Below, piece after piece: positions 20,123 through 28,954 of a DNA stretch of 38,436 bases. The notes under the pieces were generated by a model. It saw nothing but the letters and a program-made list of their open reading frames with translations, was not told where the DNA came from and searched no databases. Both the position numbers and the translations under genes were made by a program. The stretch's first letter is position 1. Every line of letters starts with the position of its first letter. The stretch is taken from the NCBI GenBank assembly GCA_004524535.1, contig SDNY01000023.1, forward strand, positions 1-38,436, read 5' to 3'. The stretch comes from Promethearchaeota archaeon. Its GTDB lineage: Archaea; Asgardarchaeota; Lokiarchaeia; Sigyniarchaeales; SOKP01.

Positions 20123-22276
20123 TTAAAAAAAATTAGTAAAAAATACATAGCCCCAATATACCGCACCACCAATTAACAATGCTATAACAATCTCAGAGAG
20201 CGATATTGAAAGCGAATATCTCCAACTGGTCTGTTTAGCGATTATAATCGCGGTCGCGAGACAAGGAAAATATAACATAATTATTAAACAGAAAACAATC
20301 ATTTGTATCGGTGTCATCAGTTCTAATATAGTTACTCCCATTGAAGCTGCTAAAATGGCTAGAAGGACTAAAGTTAATTCTTTTCGTAAAATACCATAAA
20401 TTAAAAAGACACCAACAACAACAGGTAATCCTAACCAAAGAACGGTGATTGGAGATAACACGATATTAATTGGCTCCAAAAGATTGAAGATTAACATGAT
20501 TTCTAATAAGATTCCTAAGATGATAATAATTGGTAGAGCTTTAAATATAAATTCCTTACTTCTCATATACGTTTGTTTAACAATTACATTAGGGTTAGGA
20601 ACGCGATAATCGTGCATTTCCATAATTAATTCTGTACATTCACCAGGCATTATTTTTTTTAATATTCTTCCTACTAATAGAATTACAGAAAAATTTATAA
20701 TGAACAAAAATAAAACCCATAAAAGCCCTAAATAACGCCCAACTAAACCTAGAACTACCGTCATCACTGCTGCGCAAGGAACGAGTGAAGTTAACGCAAC
20801 TGATATCTTCTTTTCGCGTTCAGTCTCCATTATTCTACACCCAGCACATGCGGGGACATTACATCCAAAACCTAAGATCATTGGAATTATCGTCTTTCCA
20901 TGAACACCTATTACGTGCATTACTCTATCCATAAGGAAAGCTGCTCGTGGTAGGTATCCTGAATCTTGAAGTATTTCGATGATAAGAAAAAATGGTATGA
21001 CATATACAAGAACTCCTCCAACAGCTCCAAAAAATCCGCCCATTGCCCCATCCCACAGAAGTTTAACCCAAAAATTATCTTCACCGTAAGTAGCATATAT
21101 GGGTATGCTTAAATTCATAAATAAATCTTCTACTAATCCGCCTAAAAAATCGCCAACAATAAAGGTAAATGCATAGATTCCAACAATTACTAATACTAAT
21201 ATTACATAACCCCATATTGAATGCGTTGTAATGTGATCAATTTTTTCGGCCAATGTTTCCTTAATTGTTTCTGGATTATAATCTAGGACCGTTTTTTCAA
21301 TTATTTTATGGATATTGTTATAAATTTCGGAAGATATTATTGTATTAATGTCTTCACCATGAAGATCTTCCAATTCTTTACGATATTTTTCAGCTTTCTT
21401 AATAATATGTTTAGATTTATCATCAAAATCAAAAATATTAATTATTTCCTCATCATTTTCTAAAATTTTTATTGCTAAAAATCGTGAAGGATAGTTGAAT
21501 TGTAAAAAATACTCTCGATATTCATTAATCAATATGAGTAAGTCCTTTATCTTTAATTCAACTTCCTTACCATAGGAAAGTATTGATGATAAATCAGGAA
21601 ATTGAAAATATTTCTGTGCGGATCTCTCTTGAGCAATTTTAAGTTTACTTTCTTCCCTTAAATGATAATCATGACTAAGATGTTCATGTTTGTTTTTTCC
21701 ACCTTCAACATAATGAGAATGGGGATGATGAAATATGACTAATTCGATAGCCTCTTCTAATAATTGATGAACTCCTGTACCATGTACCGCAACAACAGGA
21801 AGAACTGGTAATTTAAAGATTTCTTCTAACCTTTTGAAATCTAAGTCAATTTTTCTTTTCCTGAGTATGTCCATTTGATTGATTGCCAGGATCATTGGAA
21901 CTTCTAATTCTAAAAGCTGAAATGTAAAAAATAAGTTACGCTCTAAATTAGTGGCGTCAATCACGTTTATAATAATATCTACCTCTTCAGAAACAATATA
22001 TTCTCGACTTACGATTTCTTCCAAAGAATAAGTAGATAAGCTATATATACCAGGTAGATCGACGATATTAAATTGGTAGCCTAAAAAATTAAGATGACCT
22101 TCCATTCTTTCTACAGTTTTGCCAGGCCAATTTCCGATTGTTTGCGAGAGACCAGTTAATTGGTTGAAAATTACTGATTTCCCTACATTTGGATTACCTG
22201 CTAAAGCTATATTAATTATATCCTTATATTTTCCATTATTTTTATTCGATTTCTTCTTTGGAGGATGACAGCTCAT
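20123..22276 (-). CDS. feoB: Ferrous iron transport protein B
   Basis: GNPNVGKS, GNWPGKT, DLPGIYSL, QDSGYLPR, GFGCNVPA, LYFPC. Confidence 0.95.
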   Translation of the reverse strand: MSCHPPKKKSNKNNGKYKDIINIALAGNPNVGKSVIFNQLTGLSQTIGNWPGKTVERMEGHLNFLGYQFNIVDLPGIYSLSTYSLEEIVSREYIVSEEVDIIINVIDATNLERNLFFTFQLLELEVPMILAINQMDILRKRKIDLDFKRLEEIFKLPVLPVVAVHGTGVHQLLEEAIELVIFHHPHSHYVEGGKNKHEHLSHDYHLREESKLKIAQERSAQKYFQFPDLSSILSYGKEVELKIKDLLILINEYREYFLQFNYPSRFLAIKILENDEEIINIFDFDDKSKHIIKKAEKYRKELEDLHGEDINTIISSEIYNNIHKIIEKTVLDYNPETIKETLAEKIDHITTHSIWGYVILVLVIVGIYAFTFIVGDFLGGLVEDLFMNLSIPIYATYGEDNFWVKLLWDGAMGGFFGAVGGVLVYVIPFFLIIEILQDSGYLPRAAFLMDRVMHVIGVHGKTIIPMILGFGCNVPACAGCRIMETEREKKISVALTSLVPCAAVMTVVLGLVGRYLGLLWVLFLFIINFSVILLVGRILKKIMPGECTELIMEMHDYRVPNPNVIVKQTYMRSKEFIFKALPIIIILGILLEIMLIFNLLEPINIVLSPITVLWLGLPVVVGVFLIYGILRKELTLVLLAILAASMGVTILELMTPIQMIVFCLIIMLYFPCLATAIIIAKQTSWRYSLSISLSEIVIALLIGGAVYWGYVFFTNFF

Positions 22277-22333
22277 AATTTTCTCTTATTTAAACTTATT
22301 AAATGAATACATAATTCATATTAAAAAAATTAG

Positions 22334-22633
22334 TTAAAGATCGCAAGTTTGATCACATTCAACAAGAATTTTTGATGCTAAACCTCTACCTATAGCTAAT
22401 GTTGAACCTTTTACAATAATTTCTAATGGTCCATGAAAAGGGGCTTCCCTTTTTTTCTTAATTATCGTTCCAGGAACTATTCCCAAATTCGCTAATCGTC
22501 TTTTTGCTCCGAATCCCGCATTAACACCTAAAACTTTTGTTTTTTCTCCTTTATCGCATTCAGTCAAACATTTAATTAATGGCGTTCCACGCTTTTTATG
22601 ATAATTATGATTTTTATATCTTGAACTTATCAT
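22334..22633 (-). CDS. feoA: FeoA family protein
   Basis: RRLANLGIVPG, APFHGP, LAIGRGLASKI. ATG at 22633 chosen by alignment to the paralog (ORF track starts at 22720). Confidence 0.85.
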   Translation of the reverse strand: MISSRYKNHNYHKKRGTPLIKCLTECDKGEKTKVLGVNAGFGAKRRLANLGIVPGTIIKKKREAPFHGPLEIIVKGSTLAIGRGLASKILVECDQTCDL

Positions 22634-22966
22634 TATTTTTATCTCCAAAAGAAACTTTGACTTTATTTGAAAAAAAGAAAAAATCATATTTAAGTTTTTA
22701 GATGCACCAAATTTAATCATTTTTATCTTGATTCTAATATATTATAAGAAAAAGATATTCAAAAATTATAACATATTAATTATACTTTAATATTATTTAA
22801 TATGATCTTTTATATTTAAGAAATTCTCTTTCAATTTAGATTATGAAGATATCATAAAAAAGTTTGAAACTTATTATTTTCATATTAAATGTTTAATTTA
22901 AATGAATCCGATTATTTTTAATTACTATAATATTCTAAATATTATTTAATCCATTATTTCTTCTAT

Positions 22967-22988
22967 ATATTTAGTTGGACTTAAATAT
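22967..22988. promoter_or_regulatory. Candidate DtxR/MntR-type box
   Basis: ATATTTAG-TTGGAC-TTAAATAT inverted repeat (7/8 arms, 6-bp spacer) upstream of feoA; resembles TTTAG-N6-CTAAA. Confidence 0.5.
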
Positions 22989-23021
22989 TAGGAATTCTTT
23001 TTTTTGTGTAAGGTAGTATTA

Positions 23022-23324
23022 ATGGTAAATAATATGAATAACTTTCATAAAAATCATTACAATCATCCTTCAAAACCATTAATAAAATGCTTAACTGATT
23101 GTGAATTAGGTTCAGAATTCACGGTTGTTGGGGTAAATGCTGGTCAGAAGGCAAAAAAACGTCTTGCTCATCTTGGAATTTTTCCTGGTGTGAAAATTAG
23201 CATGAAACATTGTGCACCTTTTCGAGGCCCCATAAATATTATTGTAAAGGGAACATCCATAGTTTTAGGTAGAGGTTTAGCATCTAGAATATTAGTTGAT
23301 TCTGTAAATATGCATAATCAATAG
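23022..23324 (+). CDS. feoA: FeoA family protein (second, divergent copy)
   Basis: KRLAHLGIFPG, APFRGP, LGRGLASRI. ATG 23022 follows AAGGT (ORF track starts at TTG 23004). Confidence 0.85.
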   Translation: MVNNMNNFHKNHYNHPSKPLIKCLTDCELGSEFTVVGVNAGQKAKKRLAHLGIFPGVKISMKHCAPFRGPINIIVKGTSIVLGRGLASRILVDSVNMHNQ

Positions 23325-23435
23325 AAGAATCTGGTTTTATTATCAACATTTTACTCATATTTTATATAACTCAAGAACTAAAACATCAAACTATTATTTA
23401 TCTTATATTTGCTATATTTCTTACGAATATGTTTA

Positions 23436-23449
23436 TGAATGATTATTCA
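23436..23449. promoter_or_regulatory. Palindromic operator TGAATGATTATTCA (site 3)
   Basis: 13/14 match upstream of the second DUF5320 gene. Confidence 0.75.
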
Positions 23450-23496
23450 ATAATTCAAACAGATATATTTTTATATGAAAAAAACTATTTATATTA

Positions 23497-23510
23497 TGAA
23501 TAATTATTCA
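23497..23510. promoter_or_regulatory. Palindromic operator TGAATAATTATTCA (site 4)
   Basis: Perfect palindrome 61 bp after site 3, just downstream of TATA-like TTTATA (23488-23493). Confidence 0.8.
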
Positions 23511-23564
23511 TTATAAGTTACAATATAACAAAACCAAAATTTAAAACCGAGGTGTAAAAAAAAA

Positions 23565-23945
23565 TTGCCTAGAGGTGATGGTACAGGACCTTGGGGTCAA
23601 GGTTCAATGACTGGTAGAGGTTTAGGCTATTGCGCAGGTTATAATACACCAGGATATACTAAGGGACCGGGTATGGGTCTTGGAAGAGGATGGAGTAGTA
23701 GAAGCAGGTTTGGAATTGGTAGAAATTTAGCTTGGCGTAGGGGTTGGGGCAGAGGAGTGGGTGGTTTTGGGAGTTATCGAACTCCTATTTATTTACCATC
23801 CACAATGCCTCAACCAATTGTTCCAGAGAATCAATTAAACATGCTAAAACAAGAAAAACAATTTTTACAATCTGAAATGGAGCGAATTAAAAACGGATTA
23901 GGCGATATTTCTAAAAGAATTGAGGAATTAGAAAAAACTGAATAA
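23565..23945 (+). CDS. DUF5320 family protein (second copy)
   Basis: TTG start after GAGGTG; MPRGDGTGPWGQGSMTGRGLGYCAG; coiled-coil tail. Confidence 0.88.
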   Translation: MPRGDGTGPWGQGSMTGRGLGYCAGYNTPGYTKGPGMGLGRGWSSRSRFGIGRNLAWRRGWGRGVGGFGSYRTPIYLPSTMPQPIVPENQLNMLKQEKQFLQSEMERIKNGLGDISKRIEELEKTE

Positions 23946-23990
23946 TTATTTTTTTTTAATTTAAAAGTCCTATTAAGAAGATGAAATAGA

Positions 23991-24377
23991 ATGAAACACT
24001 TAAATAAGAGTTATGAGGATTATATAAAAGCCATATATTTAATTTCAAAAGAAAATAAAGGTGGCTGGGTATCCAATTCAAAAATTTCAAATCTTTTAAA
24101 AGTTAAACCATCTTCAGTTACAAATATGTTGTATAAGTTAAAAGCGAAAGATCTAATAGATTGGAAGCCAAACAAATCTTTAAGATTAACCAAAAAGGGA
24201 AAAAAAATTGCCCTTAGCATTGTTAAAAACTATAATAGTTTATTTGATTTTTTTGTACATGTTTTAAAATTAAAAGACAATGATCAAGTGAAAAATTTAT
24301 GCTGTAATATTGAGCATTATATAACTCCAGAGATATCTGATGCTCTAGAAAATCTTATTCTTGAATTTCATTATTAA
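23991..24377 (+). CDS. DtxR/MntR family metal-dependent transcriptional regulator
   Basis: EDYIKAIY, LKVKPSSVTNML, LTKKG, CNIEH. Confidence 0.88.
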   Translation: MKHLNKSYEDYIKAIYLISKENKGGWVSNSKISNLLKVKPSSVTNMLYKLKAKDLIDWKPNKSLRLTKKGKKIALSIVKNYNSLFDFFVHVLKLKDNDQVKNLCCNIEHYITPEISDALENLILEFHY

Positions 24378-24444
24378 TAAACGATAAAATTATCCCCTAA
24401 AGAATAATTATTTTAAGTTCAATTGGACCATATAAATACCAACT

Positions 24445-25428
24445 TTACTGAAAATAAAATAAATAAGCAAAAAAGAAGAAATATGAACCTATATATATAC
24501 AAATGAATAGAATTCCAGACTTTTTATCTACTTTTTCTCTCCAAGCTATTACTGCTATTACGAGCATTGAAGCAAAAATAGTATATATAATCAAAGGAAT
24601 AATCAATTTCGCAGAAACTTCTTGGGGGAAAAAAAGTTGCCCTATCGTTATACTAATGGTTGCATCTATTATACATGAACCCAAAATATCTCCAATAGCC
24701 AAATTATAATTTTTTCTTTTAATTGCATTAATATCTACTGCTAATTCGGGGAGAGATGTTCCAATACTTAGAATAAAAAAACTAATGATTAATTCATTAG
24801 CATTAAACCTTAAGGAGAGCATTATTACTGCTGAAACAATAATAATTGAACTCAGAACCACTCCCAATAACCCTATAATCATTATTGTAGCATGATATTT
24901 TTTACTCTTGCACCTTTTTGAAATTAAAATCAATTCTACTTCTTTTAAGAGGTCACTTTTAGTCACGTTGTAAATTACCATTAAATAAAAGACTAAGCTA
25001 CAAATTATAAATATTGCATTTAAACGAGTAAAGTAGCCTTTTTCAATGACTGAATAAATTAAAATAAGCGATAATATGACGCAAGATCCTATAATTATAA
25101 TTTGTTTTCTTTTAACAACAAATCCTCCACATATTATGGGAAGTAACCCGAAAATCAGAGTTATTTGAGTTAGAACTGAACCAATGGAATCTCCTGCATC
25201 AATATCTCCATGCCCAATTGAACATGAAATAATGGAATTAATAATTTCAGCAATATCTGTACCTATCGCGACAATGGTAATTCCAATCACTAGATTTGAT
25301 ACTCCTAAAGCTGAAGCAAGCTTTGCAGCATGCTTAACTACTAAATTACTCATATATGCGATGAGCAGAATCCCTCCAATGAGCATAGTTATTGCTAAAG
25401 AAATAATCATCATTTCTTTATAATCCAC
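24445..25428 (-). CDS. Sodium:calcium antiporter family (CaCA) protein
   Basis: ~10 TM; alpha repeats IGTDIAE/GDSIGS and IGTSLPE/GDILGS. Confidence 0.85.
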   Translation of the reverse strand: MDYKEMMIISLAITMLIGGILLIAYMSNLVVKHAAKLASALGVSNLVIGITIVAIGTDIAEIINSIISCSIGHGDIDAGDSIGSVLTQITLIFGLLPIICGGFVVKRKQIIIIGSCVILSLILIYSVIEKGYFTRLNAIFIICSLVFYLMVIYNVTKSDLLKEVELILISKRCKSKKYHATIMIIGLLGVVLSSIIIVSAVIMLSLRFNANELIISFFILSIGTSLPELAVDINAIKRKNYNLAIGDILGSCIIDATISITIGQLFFPQEVSAKLIIPLIIYTIFASMLVIAVIAWREKVDKKSGILFICIYIGSYFFFFAYLFYFQ

Positions 25429-25659
25429 ATCCTATATCTTCTCTTTTTCAATTTTAATGGATTGATTATCTTCTTATAATTAACTCCAATTTCCTCTTAT
25501 TAAATGAACTTTAAATGAGGGATGTAGATAATCTCCAATTAATTTAATAATTAGATTAATCAATCCCTGTTATGTTCCATTTATATTTCTTCAATTATAC
25601 AATATAATTTCTCTACTAATGAATTGTCTTTTGATTTTAAACCATTGATCTAAAATTGA

Positions 25660-26154
25660 TTATACTTCCCCATAATTCGTTGGGTATTTAATTTCCATTC
25701 TTTTTTTCTTTTCACCTTTATAATTAACTTCAATTATCTTTTTCTTTATCAGACTTGATGAATTTAATCCATATTTATCGTAAGATCTGTTTAATCTCCT
25801 CACTTCAATATGCCCCAAACCTTTTCTTTTTAATGCTTTTTTTAAAATGTTTCCATCAAATTTTTGATCTGGACCTAATAAAATGATATCAGGATTAATT
25901 CCTGATACAGTTAATAATATTTCATTATCTTTCCTTCCTAATTTGGCTTGTTTAACATTTTTTAGACTTTTAACAACTTCTAACCTTTGTTCTTCAGGGA
26001 TAATTGGCAATTTTCCTGAAAATTTTTCTCGATTTATATCTGTAGCTACAATTATATAAACTTCTCCTAACTTTGCAGCTTCATTAATTAAAAAAATATG
26101 ACCTGGATGTAAAATATCAAAAGTACCTGCGATAAGTACTTTTTTAGTAATCAT
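25660..26154 (-). CDS. ribL: Archaeal FAD synthase (cytidylyltransferase-like)
   Basis: AGTFDILHPGH, EEQRLEVV, PDIILLGPDQ, SSSLIK. Confidence 0.8.
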   Translation of the reverse strand: MITKKVLIAGTFDILHPGHIFLINEAAKLGEVYIIVATDINREKFSGKLPIIPEEQRLEVVKSLKNVKQAKLGRKDNEILLTVSGINPDIILLGPDQKFDGNILKKALKRKGLGHIEVRRLNRSYDKYGLNSSSLIKKKIIEVNYKGEKKKRMEIKYPTNYGEV

Positions 26155-26211
26155 AGATAATCCCTCTATTAATATTTTTAAATATATTTATTATGATTTT
26201 AAAGGAGAAAT

Positions 26212-26556
26212 TTATATTTGCCTAATAATTTCTTTCAAAATCAATTCATTGAAAGCTCCAATCATAACTCCTTTTTTTACTAATACTTCTTCATTAATCT
26301 TAATATTTTTGTTTAAGAGCATACCATCCTTAAAAAATATTAAAGCTGGCACAGCATAGATATTCAATTCTCGAGCTAAATTGCTATTTTTATCAATATC
26401 AATTTCTTCTAATTTTAATATCCCATTATCTCTAAAATCTTCTAAAATAGTTGAAAGTAATTCACAAGATTTACACCATTTAGAACATAAAACTATAATA
26501 AATTTACCCTTGTTAGGACCATAGATTCCGAACTTTTTTAAATCTTCTATTTTCAT
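26212..26556 (-). CDS. Thioredoxin family protein
   Basis: WCKSC active site, IDID, cis-Pro AVP, FFKDG. Confidence 0.82.
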   Translation of the reverse strand: MKIEDLKKFGIYGPNKGKFIIVLCSKWCKSCELLSTILEDFRDNGILKLEEIDIDKNSNLARELNIYAVPALIFFKDGMLLNKNIKINEEVLVKKGVMIGAFNELILKEIIRQI

Positions 26557-26709
26557 ATAATGAATTATTTATTTATTATACTTTGAGATTAAATAAATGG
26601 CTTTTAGATAATATTCAATATTTTCATTGGCCATCAAAATTCAACCCTTTTATTTCATTTTTTTTAATAATATAACTTCTTTCATAAATTTCTAAAAAAA
26701 ATTTCAAAT

Positions 26710-26919
26710 TTATAAATTCTTTTGCTCACAATTGAGTAAAAATGTATATGGATATTCCAATAGGTCTAGCTTTTCGATTATTAAATTTTCAATATGTTTT
26801 TCTTTCTTAGATATAGAGATAATAGGTATTTTTGTTATGATATTTTCACCATTTAAATATATGTTATAGTAAATGACTTGTTTATCCTTATCGAAATCAA
26901 TAAATTTGTCTATATTCAT
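26710..26919 (-). CDS. Small hypothetical protein
   Basis: 69-aa ATG ORF co-oriented with neighbours; no motif recognised. Confidence 0.45.
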   Translation of the reverse strand: MNIDKFIDFDKDKQVIYYNIYLNGENIITKIPIISISKKEKHIENLIIEKLDLLEYPYTFLLNCEQKNL

Positions 26920-26999
26920 AAAGATTCCATATTTTTGTTTGATTTTTGGGAGATTTCATTTTTTTTCTAATTAATATTAAAAAAAAAAGAAAATGAAAC

Positions 27000-27191
27000 T
27001 TAATTCTTCAATTTCGCAAAGCAATCTTCACAAAAAAAAATCCTTCGCATTTTAGTAGTATCTCTGACCATATGACCTGATTTATATTTCTTTTCGCAAC
27101 CCCAACATATCTTAAATACTTTTGTATCAACAAGATATTCATCTTTCGGATCAAAATTATCATCCTTTATGATTTCTTTATAACTTGTCAA
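27000..27191 (-). CDS. Small CxxC...CxxC zinc-finger-like protein
   Basis: CWGC...FCEDC; TTG start; two operator palindromes directly upstream. Confidence 0.65.
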   Translation of the reverse strand: MTSYKEIIKDDNFDPKDEYLVDTKVFKICWGCEKKYKSGHMVRDTTKMRRIFFCEDCFAKLKN

Positions 27192-27222
27192 TTTTTTTTA
27201 CCAACTCAATTCTATATGTTTT

Positions 27223-27236
27223 TGAATGATTATTCA
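27223..27236. promoter_or_regulatory. Palindromic operator TGAATGATTATTCA (site 5)
   Basis: 13/14 match, ~31 bp upstream of the 27191 start. Confidence 0.75.
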
Positions 27237-27284
27237 TAAATCTAATACTATGTAATAAATATCACTATAGTAATTTAAATGTTC

Positions 27285-27298
27285 TGAATAATTATTCA
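27285..27298. promoter_or_regulatory. Palindromic operator TGAATAATTATTCA (site 6)
   Basis: Perfect palindrome 62 bp from site 5; TATA-like TTTAAA lies between the two. Confidence 0.8.
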
Positions 27299-27424
27299 TA
27301 AAATAAATAAATAGAAAGGTAAATTATAGCCTTGATATATTGAAATATTATTTTAATGGATTGGAATATTAAATTTCATCCTAATTACCATTATCAAATC
27401 TTTTCTCTATATATTGATCTCTCG

Positions 27425-28357
27425 TTAAATATCTAATTTCCAAAAGATTTCATTATTATAAATTATCCTTTGAATTCTTTTTCGATATTCAAGTGCTTTT
27501 AATCGCTTTAATATTTCTTTTTGGTTAAAATTTTCAGTAGAAAAAGTCTCTATAATTTGATCTTGTCTCATAGGATGTCTTTCAATTATTGACAAGACCT
27601 CTTTTTCAAAATCTAAAGAATAAAAATCGAAATTTCCCTTCTCTGGAAATGTGATATCATAAATATCACCAAAAATTGCCTTAACAAGAGGAATAATGCT
27701 TTTATCTGGAATTTTAACCCAATTTTCAGTAGGAGGTCTTGTTGGAACGTTTATATCAATTCTATCTGGTTTTATTAAATCAATTTTTTCTTTAATTTTT
27801 AATAAATTTTCATTTGAGTCGTTGACGCCCTTTATTATCATTATTTCTAACCATAACTTACCTTTAAATTTTCTTTTAAATTCAATTATACCCTGAATAA
27901 TGTCATTATATTTAAGAGAAGGGTGAGGCCGATTTATTTTGATAAAAAGCTGACTATCTCCCGCATCTAGGCTAGGTAAAACAACATCAGCAAGCATAAG
28001 GGCCTTGCTAACCTCGGAATTATACAATAATGCTCCATTTGTAATTACGCAAACGGGATTTTTTGATAACTCTTTTGCTTTTAAAATCAATTTTTCTAAA
28101 TCTTTATATAATGTGGGTTCACCGCTGCCAACAAAAGTTATATAATCTATTTTTTTTTCATTTTGTTCGATAGCTTCTCTCATTTCAGCAATAATGTCTT
28201 CCTTCGGATAATAATTTCTCCGTTCATTCGTAAAAAAAGTCGTTTTTCCTATTTGACAATATATGCATTGGAAATTACAAGTTTTTGAGGGAATAGGATC
28301 AATTCCCAAAGATCTACCTAATCTCCTACTCGGTACAGGCCCATAGATATATTTCAT
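27425..28357 (-). CDS. Radical SAM Fe-S oxidoreductase (COG0731-like)
   Basis: YGPVPSRRLGRSLGI, CNFQCIYC, GSGEPTL, VITNG, KINRP. Confidence 0.82.
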   Translation of the reverse strand: MKYIYGPVPSRRLGRSLGIDPIPSKTCNFQCIYCQIGKTTFFTNERRNYYPKEDIIAEMREAIEQNEKKIDYITFVGSGEPTLYKDLEKLILKAKELSKNPVCVITNGALLYNSEVSKALMLADVVLPSLDAGDSQLFIKINRPHPSLKYNDIIQGIIEFKRKFKGKLWLEIMIIKGVNDSNENLLKIKEKIDLIKPDRIDINVPTRPPTENWVKIPDKSIIPLVKAIFGDIYDITFPEKGNFDFYSLDFEKEVLSIIERHPMRQDQIIETFSTENFNQKEILKRLKALEYRKRIQRIIYNNEIFWKLDI

Positions 28358-28447
28358 ATAAACTTCTAAAAATAATATTAATGTATTAAAAAAAATAATT
28401 TAATAGTTCTTATTCACATAAAAAATAAAAGAACAATATAATCATAA

Positions 28448-28894
28448 CTATCCCTTTGTATGTTTGAATTTTTCAATCGACCGTTTTAAAGTTCTCGCAG
28501 CTAATTCTGCGCAATGTTTATGATCTTCTGGTAGCCCTCCTAAGGCATTTTCAATATCTTCTGGTCTTAAATTTTCAGCAAAATCTAAAGATTTACCCTC
28601 AATCAAAAGAGTTGTTTGGCTTCCTGCTGCTACTGTTGCTCCACAACCGTCTGTAATAAAGTTTGCTTTTTCGATTATATTATTATTATTATTAATTTTT
28701 AAAAAGAACTGCATCGTATCCCCACAAGGACCCTCATAAGCATGCCACACACTTATTTTATCAATGGGGGGTTTACCCCAATTTTTTGGATTATGGAATA
28801 ATTTAACAACGTATTGATTATATTCTTCTAATTCTTTATTTAGAATTTCTTTTTGAAGATTTTTTACAAATTCATCAAAATGCTCTTCGGCCAT
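28448..28894 (-). CDS. IscU/NifU-N type Fe-S scaffold
   Basis: HNPKN, GPCGD, DGC, LPEDHKHCA (three scaffold Cys). Confidence 0.88.
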   Translation of the reverse strand: MAEEHFDEFVKNLQKEILNKELEEYNQYVVKLFHNPKNWGKPPIDKISVWHAYEGPCGDTMQFFLKINNNNNIIEKANFITDGCGATVAAGSQTTLLIEGKSLDFAENLRPEDIENALGGLPEDHKHCAELAARTLKRSIEKFKHTKG

Positions 28895-28954
28895 GCTATC
28901 TTAAATTAGTTTTTTTATTAAATAAAATTTTAAATCTCAATTTAAAATTATGAA

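Noticed and set aside
22303-22319. ATGAATACATAATTCAT between feoA and feoB as a ninth operator
   Set aside because: Half-sites are spaced by 5 rather than 4 bp; plausible by chance in AT-rich DNA.
19394-27298. Palindrome pairs with ~61-bp period as a degenerate CRISPR array
   Set aside because: Only two 14-bp copies per locus, in promoter positions, with no cas genes.
27425-28357. Assignment as wyosine synthase Taw1/TYW1
   Set aside because: Related family, but it lacks the N-terminal auxiliary-cluster region expected for Taw1; left as a generic radical SAM.
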